Source: an uncultured Actinomycetes bacterium (GTDB lineage Bacteria; Actinomycetota; Actinomycetes; Nanopelagicales; Nanopelagicaceae). From it: a stretch of DNA of 57,189 nt. A program made the position numbers and the translations under genes. The notes under the pieces were generated by a model that saw only the letters and a program-made list of their open reading frames with translations, did not search any database and was not told the DNA's origin. The stretch lies in assembly GCA_903916385.1 (NCBI GenBank), contig CAIWWH010000031.1, forward strand, positions 1-57,189, written 5' to 3'. This document shows, piece by piece, positions 41,101 through 48,981 of this stretch (within the stretch, counting starts at the first letter, position 1; each line of letters starts with the position of its first letter).

Positions 41101-42694
41101 AGTCCGTTACTCCACGCCTGGTGTGGGTCTGATTTCACCTCCACCTCACCACGATATTTACTCCATTGAAGATCTGGCACAACTGATTCACGATCTAAAG
41201 AACGCCAATAAGAACGCCCGCGTTCACGTCAAACTTGTCGCAGAAGTGGGAGTCGGAACTGTCGCTGCTGGCGTATCTAAGGCACATGCAGATGTCGTCT
41301 TGATCTCGGGTCACGATGGCGGAACAGGGGCATCGCCATTGACCTCTCTCAAGCATGCAGGTGCACCGTGGGAACTTGGTCTTGCTGAAACGCAGCAGAC
41401 ATTAATGCTCAACGGCTTGCGCGATCGCATCGTCGTTCAAGTTGACGGTCAGATGAAGACCGGGCGCGATGTCGTGATTGCAGCCCTGCTGGGCGCGGAG
41501 GAGTTTGGTTTTGCCACAGCGCCGCTCGTCGTATCGGGTTGCGTCATGATGCGTGTCTGTCACCTCGACACCTGTCCAGTTGGAGTTGCAACCCAAAATC
41601 CAGAGTTGCGTAAGCGCTTCTCTGGAAAGCCTGAATTCGTCGAGACCTTCTTTGAGTACATTGCGGAAGAGGTACGTGAGTGGTTAGCAAAACTCGGCTT
41701 CCGTTCCATCGAAGAGGCGGTCGGCCAAGTTGAGCTTCTCGACACGCGCGATGCAATTGATCACTGGAAGGCCAGTGGCCTCGACCTTGCTCCGCTACTT
41801 AAAGCGCCACTTTTCGCTGGCTCTCGTAAGAACACCGGAGAGCAGGATCACGGATTGGCTGCCGCATTGGACAATACCCTGATTGAGCTTGCTCAACCTG
41901 CGTTAGTTGACGGCGAGATCACTCGCCTTCAGATGCCAGTGCGAAATGTAAATCGAACTGTGGGAACAATGCTCGGTGCAGAGATCACTCGTCGCTATGG
42001 CGGAGCAGGGTTACCCGAAGACACCATTGATATCTCTTTGCATGGTTCGGCAGGTCAATCCTTAGGTGCCTTTATCCCGCGCGGCCTGACCATTCGTCTC
42101 TACGGAGATGCTAATGACTATGTCGGTAAGGGTCTGTCTGGGGGTCGCGTGATTGTGCGCCCTGATGAGGGAGCGACTTTCCAGTCCGAGAAGAATGTCA
42201 TTGCAGGAAATGTCATCGGATACGGAGCGACGAGCGGAGAAATTTTCATCCGCGGCATCGTCGGAGAGCGCTTCTGCGTGCGAAACTCAGGTGCCACTGC
42301 GATCGTCGAAGGAGTCGGCGATCACGGCTGCGAATACATGACTGGTGGAGTAGCCGTTGTTCTCGGGGCAACGGGGAGAAACTTCGGAGCTGGAATGTCG
42401 GGCGGAGTCGCTTTTGTTCTCGACCTCGATCCGCGCTTGGTAAATCCAGATATGGTCGACGTCCTGACGTTGACTCCTTCGCGCTCCAAGCAACTGCATG
42501 ACCTCATCTCAAAGTACTACGCCGAGACTGGATCGCACGTTGCCGATTCTCTACTCAAAGGTTGGAGCACAGAAAGCTCGCGCATCTCCATGGTTATGCC
42601 ACGCGACTACGCAAAGGTACTGGCGGCAATGGAACGCGCTGAGCGTGAAGGACTTAACGTTGACGAGGCAGTAATGGAGGCGACACGTGGCTGA
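38180..42694 (+). CDS. gltB: Glutamate synthase large subunit
   Basis: About 1500 aa with an Ntn amidotransferase N-terminus (...[11 protein letters not shown]), FMN and GXGXG domains. GTG 38180 has AGGAG 5 nt upstream and is preferred over the track's TTG 38096. Confidence 0.95.
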   Translation: MTLFSSLPSAQGLYNPADEHDACGVAMVATLKKEPTHEIVSQALTALRNMEHRGASGAEPDSGDGAGILIRIPDEFYRSVVEFDLPPVGSYATGIAFIDKEFDDLPGIVKIADEENLTILGWRELPTDDSSLGTTALSVMPRFVQLFIAGQGGESDLELDRLAFCFRKRVEHGLPIYFPSLSARTIVYKGMLTTGQLEDFFPDLSNELVKSPLALVHSRFSTNTFPSWPLAHPYRYIAHNGEINTVRGNRNWMRAREALLSSPLIPGDISRLFPIVDTHGSDSASFDEVLELLYLTGRSLPHSILMMIPEAWENSTTMSQEQRDFYAFHASLMEPWDGPACVTFTDGSQVGAVLDRNGLRPSRFWVTDGGLVILASEVGVLDIDPTKVVRKGRLQPGRMFLVDIAEGRIIEDSEIKSALASAEPYGEWLAEGIVRLADLPSREHIIYPHSSVIRRQRAFGYTEEELRVIIAPMAKNGAEPLGSMGTDTPIAALSEKPRLLFDYFAQLFAQVTNPPLDAIREEMVTSLGQTIGAESNLLSPSADSCRQISLDFPVIDNDELAKIIHVNADGEHPDFDAHVVRGLFPALGGGDALRDRIEEIRAEVSEAIKNGARIVVLSDRDGDSEEAPIPSLLLTAAVHHHLIREKTRTRVSLVIESGEVREVHHVALLVGFGASAVNPYLAMESAEDLVRQGVITGITPEKAVANLIKSLGKGVLKVMSKMGISTIASYHGAQVFEAIGLSSEVVDEYFTGLTSRLGGVSLDILAQETIKRHHIAYPPMGEIPGTKKLPIGGEYQWRREGEPHLFNPETVFKLQHATRAKRYDIFKQYTTLVDNQAKNLMTLRGLFTFKEGARKPVPLDEVESASSIISRFATGAMSYGSISQEAHETLAIAMNRIGGKSNTGEGGEDPARNIVDANGDSRRSAIKQVASGRFGVTSEYLVNSDDIQIKMAQGAKPGEGGQLPGNKVYPWIAQVRYSTPGVGLISPPPHHDIYSIEDLAQLIHDLKNANKNARVHVKLVAEVGVGTVAAGVSKAHADVVLISGHDGGTGASPLTSLKHAGAPWELGLAETQQTLMLNGLRDRIVVQVDGQMKTGRDVVIAALLGAEEFGFATAPLVVSGCVMMRVCHLDTCPVGVATQNPELRKRFSGKPEFVETFFEYIAEEVREWLAKLGFRSIEEAVGQVELLDTRDAIDHWKASGLDLAPLLKAPLFAGSRKNTGEQDHGLAAALDNTLIELAQPALVDGEITRLQMPVRNVNRTVGTMLGAEITRRYGGAGLPEDTIDISLHGSAGQSLGAFIPRGLTIRLYGDANDYVGKGLSGGRVIVRPDEGATFQSEKNVIAGNVIGYGATSGEIFIRGIVGERFCVRNSGATAIVEGVGDHGCEYMTGGVAVVLGATGRNFGAGMSGGVAFVLDLDPRLVNPDMVDVLTLTPSRSKQLHDLISKYYAETGSHVADSLLKGWSTESSRISMVMPRDYAKVLAAMERAEREGLNVDEAVMEATRG

Positions 42695-44144
42695 TCCAAA
42701 GGGATTCCTGACTACGCAACGACAGACACCTACCCGTCGTCCTGTCGATGTGCGCATTAAAGATTGGAAGGAAGTTTACGAAGAGCAACCTTTCGCCGAT
42801 CTGCAGAAGCAAGCCGGTCGTTGTATGGATTGCGGTATTCCGTTTTGCCATCAAGGTTGCCCTCTCGGCAATCTGATTCCGGAGTGGAACGATCTCATTT
42901 GGCGCGGTGAGCGGCGCGAAGCAATCGATCGATTACACGCCACAAATAATTTCCCAGAGTTCACAGGTCGCCTCTGTCCTGCTCCCTGCGAAAGCGCATG
43001 TGTCGTCGCTATCAACGCCGATGCAGTAACCATTAAGCAGGTAGAGCTGCGGACGATCGAAGAGGCCTTTAGTGGTGGACTCGTCGTACCACTTCCACCA
43101 GATCGCCTGACGGGCAAGACGGTTGCGGTTGTCGGTTCGGGCCCCGCTGGGCTTGCTGCCGCACAACAGTTGACGCGAGCTGGTCACACTGTCGCGGTAT
43201 ACGAGCGTGCCGATCGCATCGGCGGCTTGCTGCGCTACGGAATTCCAGAATTCAAGATGGAGAAGTCCATCGTTGACCGTCGTATTGCTCAGATGGAGGC
43301 CGAGGGAACTCGCTTCCGTGCTGGTGTAAATGTGGGTGTAGATATCACCGGAGATGAACTTCGTACTAGATATGACGCCGTCGTACTCGCAATGGGAGCG
43401 ACGAACTGGCGTGATATCGCAGTGCCCGGGCGCGAGAACAAAGGGATCTATCAGGCGATGGAGTACCTGCCTTGGGGTAACAAGCAGGGCCTCGGTGAAC
43501 TTTCGACTGAACCGCCTATTAATGCTCATGGTAAGCACGTTGTAATTTTGGGTGGCGGAGATACAGGCGCTGACTGTCTTGGCACCGCGATTCGTCAAGG
43601 AGCTGCAAGTGTGACTCAACTCGAGATCATGCCGCGCCCTACCGAGGAGCGTCCCACAAATCAGCCATGGCCAACGTATCCAATGATCTATCGGGTAAGT
43701 AGCGCCCATGAAGAGGCTGGAGAGCGCCTCTATGCCGTCTCAACCGAGGAGTTCATCGGCGATGGGAGTGGAAACCTCAAAGCTTTGAAAATGGTTGAAA
43801 CGCAGTTCATTAATGGAAAGTTTGAGAAGGTCGAGGGCTCTGAACGCGAGATTCCTGCTGACCTTGTCTTCCTTGCCATGGGATTCCTTGGCCCTGAGAA
43901 GTCCGAGCTCATCTCACAACTCGAGGTGGCGCTGGATGAGCGGGGAAATGTTAAGCGAGATGAGAATTTTGCGACGAGCGAGGAGGGAATCTTCGTCTGT
44001 GGCGATGCAGGGCGCGGACAATCGCTGATTGTTTGGGCGATCGCCGAAGGGCGAAGCGCGGCCGCTGCGGTAGATGAATATTTAGTGGGGGAGACTGGCC
44101 TACCAGCGCCAATCCTGCCCACCGATAGGTCGCTGACCGTTTAG
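42687..44144 (+). CDS. gltD: Glutamate synthase small subunit (NADPH)
   Basis: 485 aa with Fe-S cysteine clusters and two dinucleotide folds ([23 protein letters not shown]). Overlaps the gltB stop. Confidence 0.95.
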   Translation: MADPKGFLTTQRQTPTRRPVDVRIKDWKEVYEEQPFADLQKQAGRCMDCGIPFCHQGCPLGNLIPEWNDLIWRGERREAIDRLHATNNFPEFTGRLCPAPCESACVVAINADAVTIKQVELRTIEEAFSGGLVVPLPPDRLTGKTVAVVGSGPAGLAAAQQLTRAGHTVAVYERADRIGGLLRYGIPEFKMEKSIVDRRIAQMEAEGTRFRAGVNVGVDITGDELRTRYDAVVLAMGATNWRDIAVPGRENKGIYQAMEYLPWGNKQGLGELSTEPPINAHGKHVVILGGGDTGADCLGTAIRQGAASVTQLEIMPRPTEERPTNQPWPTYPMIYRVSSAHEEAGERLYAVSTEEFIGDGSGNLKALKMVETQFINGKFEKVEGSEREIPADLVFLAMGFLGPEKSELISQLEVALDERGNVKRDENFATSEEGIFVCGDAGRGQSLIVWAIAEGRSAAAAVDEYLVGETGLPAPILPTDRSLTV

Positions 44145-44202
44145 TCGGCAACTTACCGATAAAATCCCGCACGAATAAGGTAACTGTTCACCACCATAAA
44201 CT

Positions 44203-44220
44203 GGAATCCACTCGGATTCC
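44203..44220 (+). terminator. Stem-loop between gltD and pyk (GGAATCC-ACTC-GGATTCC)
   Basis: Perfect 7-bp inverted repeat with no U-tract. It could be a terminator or an operator. Confidence 0.25.
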
Positions 44221-44234
44221 CCGAAGAGATGGCT

Positions 44235-44240
44235 TAGGCT
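44235..44240 (+). promoter_or_regulatory. Candidate -10 hexamer TAGGCT, 6 nt upstream of the pyk ATG (leaderless-type)
   Basis: Matches TANNNT. No SD lies between it and the ATG. Confidence 0.35.
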
Positions 44241-44246
44241 GACGAT

Positions 44247-45689
44247 ATGCGAAGAGCGAAAATTGTATGCACGATGGGTCCTGCCGTTGAATCCCCCGAG
44301 AAGGTTGCGGAGTTAATTGCCGCGGGCATGAATATGGCCCGACTCAACCTCTCCCATGGAGGCTATGACGAGCACCAGAACCGTCTCGACTTAGTTCGCG
44401 CCGCCGCTGCCGCGGCAGACCGTCCGGTTGCCATCTTGGTAGATCTACAAGGTCCAAAGATTCGCCTGGCTCGCTTCAAAGATGGTCCCCACGAGCTAGC
44501 CCGCGGAGATATCTTCACAATTACTACGGATGAGGTAGAAGGTACAAAAGAGAAGTGCGGAACCACCTATAAGGGCCTAGCAGGGGACTGCAAACCCGGA
44601 GATCGAATATTGATTGATGATGGCAAAGTTACCGTGGAAGTCGTCGAAGTAAATGGAAATGATGTTGTCACCAAGGTGATTCAGCCTGGATTTGTCAGCA
44701 ATAACAAGGGAATCAACCTTCCCGGTGTCGCTGTATCTGTGCCTGCGCTCTCCGAGAAAGATATGGATGATCTCCGTTGGGGTCTGCGGGCAGGCGCCGA
44801 CTTTATTGCGCTCTCCTTCGTACGCAACGCCAAGGATATTGATGACGTGCATCGCATTATGGATGAAGAGGGAATTCGCCGTCCGGTGATCGCAAAGATC
44901 GAGAAGCCGCAAGCCGTTGATAATTTGGAAGAGATCGTCGCTGCATTTGACGGCATCATGGTTGCACGTGGTGACCTTGGCGTCGAGATGCCTATCGAAG
45001 AGGTCCCGATTGTTCAAAAGCGCTGCATAGCACTTTCACGCGCGGCGGCTAAGCCAGTCATCGTGGCCACCCAGATGCTCGATTCGATGATCGTAAATTC
45101 CAGTCCTACGCGCGCCGAGGCCACTGACTGCGCAAATGCAGTTCTCGATGGTGCAGATGCCTTGATGCTCAGCGGAGAGACTTCGGTCGGAGCCTTCGCA
45201 ATTGAAGCCGTTGCGACCATGGCCCGCATCATCGCGCGCACCGAAGAGGCGATGCTTGATCAGATCGCCCCTCTAGGTCACAACCCAGTCACCAAAGGCG
45301 GGGCTATTACAAAGGCCGCGAAGGAGGTTGGTGAGATCGTCGGGGCTAAGTACCTCGTTGCCTTCACGCAGAGCGGCGATTCTGCTCGTCGCATCTCGCG
45401 TTTACGCTCTGCAATTCCAATCCTTGCGCTGACCCCAGAGGTGCCTGTTTACAACCAACTAGCTCTCTCATGGGGCGTTGAATCGCTCATCATCCCTATC
45501 GTCAGCCACACCGACGAGATGGTGAAGCAGGTAGATGCCCTTCTTATCGAGTCCGGCCGAGTTGCCAAGGGTGAGCCTGTCGTAATCATTGCCGGCGCCC
45601 CTCCAGGAATTCCAGGCTCTACAAATGCGCTCCGTGTTCATATTGTTGGAGATGCCATCAACGGAGTCGCTCCCGCTTATCGGAGCTAA
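44247..45689 (+). CDS. pyk: Pyruvate kinase
   Basis: 480 aa starting MRRAKIVCTMGPA, with MVARGDLGVE. Confidence 0.96.
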   Translation: MRRAKIVCTMGPAVESPEKVAELIAAGMNMARLNLSHGGYDEHQNRLDLVRAAAAAADRPVAILVDLQGPKIRLARFKDGPHELARGDIFTITTDEVEGTKEKCGTTYKGLAGDCKPGDRILIDDGKVTVEVVEVNGNDVVTKVIQPGFVSNNKGINLPGVAVSVPALSEKDMDDLRWGLRAGADFIALSFVRNAKDIDDVHRIMDEEGIRRPVIAKIEKPQAVDNLEEIVAAFDGIMVARGDLGVEMPIEEVPIVQKRCIALSRAAAKPVIVATQMLDSMIVNSSPTRAEATDCANAVLDGADALMLSGETSVGAFAIEAVATMARIIARTEEAMLDQIAPLGHNPVTKGGAITKAAKEVGEIVGAKYLVAFTQSGDSARRISRLRSAIPILALTPEVPVYNQLALSWGVESLIIPIVSHTDEMVKQVDALLIESGRVAKGEPVVIIAGAPPGIPGSTNALRVHIVGDAINGVAPAYRS

Positions 45690-45700
45690 TTTCCTACCGT

Positions 45701-45706
45701 TATACT
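45701..45706 (+). promoter_or_regulatory. Candidate -10 hexamer TATACT upstream of the tRNA/pdtaR unit
   Basis: A TANNNT match 12 nt after the pyk stop and about 37 nt upstream of the tRNA 5' end. A GCGCTC-12 nt-GAGCGC stem (45721-45744) lies between them. Confidence 0.3.
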
Positions 45707-45742
45707 CAGAACTTCCCGGCGCGCTCGCGTAGTCGGGAGAGC

Positions 45743-45815
45743 GCCTCGGTACTCCAACGGTAGAGAGGGCGGACTCAAAATCCGCACAGTGTCGGTTCAA
45801 ATCCGACTCGAGGCA
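45743..45815 (+). tRNA. tRNA with anticodon CAA (Leu by anticodon) but class-I architecture (5-nt variable loop); no encoded CCA
   Basis: Hand-folded cloverleaf. Acceptor 45743-49/45808-14 (7 bp, one G-U). U8. D stem 45752-54/45765-67 with loop AACGGUAG. Anticodon stem 45769-73/45781-85 with loop CUCAAAA. Variable loop ACAGU. T stem 45791-95/45803-07 with loop UUCAAAU. Discriminator A at 45815. Confidence 0.85.
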
Positions 45816-45816
45816 C

Positions 45817-46428
45817 ATGACAAAGTCTGAAAGCAAAGGCGCCGCACCCAGCGCTCCCTTGCGCATCCTCGTCGCCGAGGACGAGGCGATTATTCGCCTT
45901 GACCTCGTAGAGATGCTCACCGAAGCTGGCTACCAGGTAGTTGCTGAGGCAACCAATGGCGTGGAGGCGATCGCCTTTGCCAAGGAGCACCTGCCGGATA
46001 TCGCCATCCTCGACGTCAAGATGCCAGAGCTCGATGGAATCTCGGCCGCCGAGCAGATTATTGAGATCTCTCCGGTCCTGATGCTTACCGCATTTAGCCA
46101 GCGCGAGTTGGTAGAGCGCGCTCGCGACGCTGGGGCGATGGCCTATGTCGTCAAACCTTTCAGCATCTCGGATCTCGTTCCTGCGATCGAGATCGCTGTA
46201 AGTCGCCACCGTGAGCAGAAGGCCCTCCAAAATGAGGTCTCAGATCTCCAGGAGAGGCTAGAAACCCGGAAGATTATTGATCGCGCTAAGGGGATCTTGA
46301 TGAAGACCCTGAACCTTTCGGAGCCTGAATCCTTTAGCTGGATTCAGCGCACCGCCATGGATCGTCGTATTTCAATGAAAGATGTCGCCCTGGCTGTCAT
46401 CTCTCCAGATGCCGTCCCAGATAAGTAA
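45817..46428 (+). CDS. pdtaR: Orphan response regulator with ANTAR RNA-binding output domain (PdtaR orthologue)
   Basis: 203 aa with a receiver domain (ILVAEDEAIIRLDL, DVKMP, LTAFSQRELVERARDAGAMAYVVKPF) plus ANTAR (RKIIDRAKGILM...AMDRR). From memory it closely resembles M. tuberculosis Rv1626. Confidence 0.92.
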   Translation: MTKSESKGAAPSAPLRILVAEDEAIIRLDLVEMLTEAGYQVVAEATNGVEAIAFAKEHLPDIAILDVKMPELDGISAAEQIIEISPVLMLTAFSQRELVERARDAGAMAYVVKPFSISDLVPAIEIAVSRHREQKALQNEVSDLQERLETRKIIDRAKGILMKTLNLSEPESFSWIQRTAMDRRISMKDVALAVISPDAVPDK

Positions 46429-46494
46429 TACACGATTTAGACTCTTTGTAACAATAAAGTGATGCCCGTTTTGTGGCGATAAGTCTTGATCAAG

Positions 46495-46526
46495 AGGGAA
46501 GTGGAAGGTAGCCTTCACTCCTCCCT
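46495..46526 (+). promoter_or_regulatory. Imperfect 13-bp hairpin in the leader of the binding-protein gene, containing anti-SD-like CCUUC/CUCC tracts
   Basis: AGGGA-AGU(G)GAAGG-UAG-CCUUCACU(CC)UCCCU. The inner arm CCUUC (46512-16) can pair either with GAAGG at 46504-08 or with the SD GAAGG at 46548-52. Confidence 0.35.
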
Positions 46527-46557
46527 GTCCCGGGACAAAGAAAACAGGAAGGTAACA

Positions 46558-47832
46558 ATGACAAAACTCACTCGCGTAGTTAGTGTCGTTGCAGCCGCTT
46601 CCATGGTCGCGACTGCATTTGTTGCAGCAGCAGTTCCATCACAAGCAGCAGCAACTAAGACACTTGTAATCGCAACTGACGTTCCTCTTCAAGGTTCTTC
46701 ATTCGATTCAAATGACTCAACCAACAAGGCGATCGCTCTGTACCTCAAGTCGATCGGCGGCAAGGTTGGCAAGTATTCAATCACGCTTAAGTACTACGAC
46801 GATGCAACAGCAACTGCTGGAGCATGGGATGCTGGACAGTGTGCCCAGAACGCCCAAGCTCACGTAGCTAACAAGGCAGAAATCGCCGTTATCGGTACAT
46901 ATAACTCAGGTTGCGCCAAGATTGAGGTTCCAATTCTGAACCAAGATCCTAAGGGCCCAATGTTGATGGTTTCACAGGCAAACACCAACCCAGGACTTAC
47001 AAAGTCTTGGAACCCAGGTGAGCCAGATGTTTACTATCCAACAGGCGTTCGCAACTATGCACGTGTCTGCACAACAGACGACAACCAAGGTTCAGCTGCT
47101 GCTCAATTCGCTAAGTCAATTGGCGTCAAGAGCGTTTATGTCTTGAACGATACTCAGACCTACGGTCAAGGTGTTGCCCAGGCATTCACAACTGAGGCTA
47201 AGAAGGATGGACTTAACGTCCTTTCTAGCGGTCCTGCAGGTCAGGGCTGGGATGCAACACAGAGCGATTACACCGCTCTCTTCCAGAAGATCGCTCCATT
47301 GAACCCAGATATGGTCTACTTCGGCGGAATCTACGACAACAACGGTGGCCAGCTCCTCAAGGATAAGGTTGCAGTTCTCGGAGATAACACCAAGGTTAAG
47401 TTGATGGCTCCAGATGGATTCACTGGATACCCACAATTCAACTCAGATCCAAACGCTGCTGGTGCATACCTCACCTTCGCTGGTCTCTCTAACGAGCTCC
47501 TCGTCGCCAACAACCCTACGGGTGCTGGCGCTAAGTTCTTGGCTTCATACAAGAAGACCTACGGCAAGGCTCCAGTTGGCTCTTACCCAATCTACGGTGT
47601 AGCTGCTCTCCAAGTTATCTTGGCAGCAATTGCAAAGTCAGATGGAACTCGTAAGGGTGTAACAGAGGCTGTCTTCAGCGGAACTGGCGTAACAATTCCA
47701 GCTGCTCAGTCAGTACTTGGCAAGGCTCTCCACATCAGCACGCTGACCGGAGACACCACCGCTAAGGACATCACCGTCGAGCAAATCGTTGGTGGACAAG
47801 AGACAACACTGAAGGCCTGGACAGTTAAGTAG
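46558..47832 (+). CDS. Branched-chain amino-acid (HAAT family) ABC transporter substrate-binding protein
   Basis: Starts MTKLTRVV... with a signal peptide ending SQAAA, followed by a type I periplasmic binding fold. ATG 46558 has GGAAGG 5 nt upstream, and the track's TTG 46486 extension is rejected. Followed by livHMGF-type genes. Confidence 0.88.
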   Translation: MTKLTRVVSVVAAASMVATAFVAAAVPSQAAATKTLVIATDVPLQGSSFDSNDSTNKAIALYLKSIGGKVGKYSITLKYYDDATATAGAWDAGQCAQNAQAHVANKAEIAVIGTYNSGCAKIEVPILNQDPKGPMLMVSQANTNPGLTKSWNPGEPDVYYPTGVRNYARVCTTDDNQGSAAAQFAKSIGVKSVYVLNDTQTYGQGVAQAFTTEAKKDGLNVLSSGPAGQGWDATQSDYTALFQKIAPLNPDMVYFGGIYDNNGGQLLKDKVAVLGDNTKVKLMAPDGFTGYPQFNSDPNAAGAYLTFAGLSNELLVANNPTGAGAKFLASYKKTYGKAPVGSYPIYGVAALQVILAAIAKSDGTRKGVTEAVFSGTGVTIPAAQSVLGKALHISTLTGDTTAKDITVEQIVGGQETTLKAWTVK

Positions 47833-47871
47833 TAGATTCGTTCTATTAACTAATTAGTTCAACAGTTTAGA

Positions 47872-47907
47872 AATTAGATGGGGCTTGTTTACAAGCCCCA
47901 TCTAATT
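47872..47907 (+). terminator. 16-bp perfect stem-loop between the binding-protein gene and the permease genes
   Basis: AATTAGATGGGGCTTG-TTTA-CAAGCCCCATCTAATT. It begins 40 nt after the stop codon. Likely an intra-operon attenuator or mRNA-stabilising hairpin. Confidence 0.55.
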
Positions 47908-47942
47908 CTGTAAGAACCCGTATCCATCTAGAGGAGAACCAC

Positions 47943-48977
47943 GTGGCAGGCGTTACATATAAAACTCGCCAATTGCGCAGGCGGAATATTGAGAGATCTC
48001 TCGCGACGTTAGCGATTGCCGGCGCTTTATTCTGGCTATTAGAGAATTTTATTAAGTCTCCCACCCAGTTTACCGAGGTGACATTCACTGGCCTCAGTAA
48101 TGGAATCCTGTATGCGCTGATCGCGCTCGGATATACCTTGGTTTACGGAATTATTGAGCTGATCAACTTCGCTCACGGAGATCTCTTTATGCTCGGCGGA
48201 CTATTCTCGGCCCACTTCATCACCCTCTGGTTTGGAGAGCGCCACTCTTCAGGTAAGGGCTGGGGGGTTCTTCTTCTAGCTCTCATCTCGGTAATGATTT
48301 TTTGCGCGGTTATCAACATCACGATTGAGAGATTCGCGTATCGTCGCCTCCGTCGCGCACCGAAGCTAGCGCCACTTATTACCGCAGTTGGCATGTCATT
48401 CATTCTGCAGTTTGTTGGTTTGCGTTGGAATGGATCTGGTCAGAAGACTTGGCCCAGCCTTCTGCCTGCCGGAAATCTCGTTATCTTTAAAGTGAAGTTG
48501 CCTTACACAACCTTGATCTCATTCGCAGTAACCATTCCAGTTCTCCTTGCACTCAGTTACATCGTCACTCGTACCAAGCAAGGGAAGGCAATGCGCGCTA
48601 CTGCGCAAGATCAAGATGCCTCGCGCTTGATGGGCATTAACGTCAACCGAACCATCTCATTCACCTTCGCACTGGGTGGTGCACTTGCTGGAGCCGCCGG
48701 TCTGCTCTTTGAACAGACGCGTGGCCTAACCTCCTACAACCTCGGTTTCCAACTCGGACTCATCGCTTTCACCGCCGCAGTTATGGGCGGAATCGGAAAT
48801 CTGCAGGGCGCTGTACTTGGAGCCGTAATCATTGGTCTGATTCAGGGCTGGAACGATGGGTTACCGATTGGACTCGGACAACAGTGGTCCAACACCGTGG
48901 TCTTCTCGATCCTGATCCTTTTAATGGTCTTTAAACCTACTGGCCTGCTTGGCAAGCCAACGACAGAGAAGGTGTAA
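47943..48977 (+). CDS. livH: Branched-chain amino-acid ABC transporter permease (LivH type)
   Basis: 344-aa polytopic protein (LSNGILYALIALGYTLVYG). GTG start with GAGGAG 6 nt upstream. Confidence 0.88.
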   Translation: MAGVTYKTRQLRRRNIERSLATLAIAGALFWLLENFIKSPTQFTEVTFTGLSNGILYALIALGYTLVYGIIELINFAHGDLFMLGGLFSAHFITLWFGERHSSGKGWGVLLLALISVMIFCAVINITIERFAYRRLRRAPKLAPLITAVGMSFILQFVGLRWNGSGQKTWPSLLPAGNLVIFKVKLPYTTLISFAVTIPVLLALSYIVTRTKQGKAMRATAQDQDASRLMGINVNRTISFTFALGGALAGAAGLLFEQTRGLTSYNLGFQLGLIAFTAAVMGGIGNLQGAVLGAVIIGLIQGWNDGLPIGLGQQWSNTVVFSILILLMVFKPTGLLGKPTTEKV

Positions 48978-48981
48978 ATCG

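Noticed and set aside
45743-45815. Reading the tRNA on the minus strand as tRNA-Gln (anticodon UUG)
   Set aside because: On the minus strand the would-be T loop is CTACCGTT and the would-be D arm has a 5-bp stem. The canonical GTTCAAATC T loop, U8, A14 and GG D-loop features exist only on the plus strand.
45715-45815. Extending the tRNA upstream to obtain a normal class-II tRNA-Leu using the GCGCTC/GAGCGC hairpin (45721-45744)
   Set aside because: The only sequence complementary to the 3' acceptor strand (TCGAGGC) is GCCTCGG at 45743-49. Only 5 nt lie between the anticodon and T stems, so no long variable arm can be formed. The upstream hairpin has a 12-nt loop and does not fit any tRNA arm.
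45690-46430. tRNA-adjacent integration hotspot, genomic island or mobile element
   Set aside because: No integrase, no direct repeat of the tRNA 3' end and no compositional break are present. The flanking genes (pyk, pdtaR, BCAA transporter) are in the conserved actinobacterial order.
46486-46557. Track-predicted N-terminal extensions, shown here for the binding protein. Others are gltB 38096, hisB 28237, priA 29444, livM 48949, trpC 32927 and ftsQ 12325
   Set aside because: In each case a downstream start has a properly spaced SD or a stop/start overlap and gives the family-typical N-terminus. The extensions are non-conserved, often Arg/Ser-rich read-through of upstream genes or leaders.
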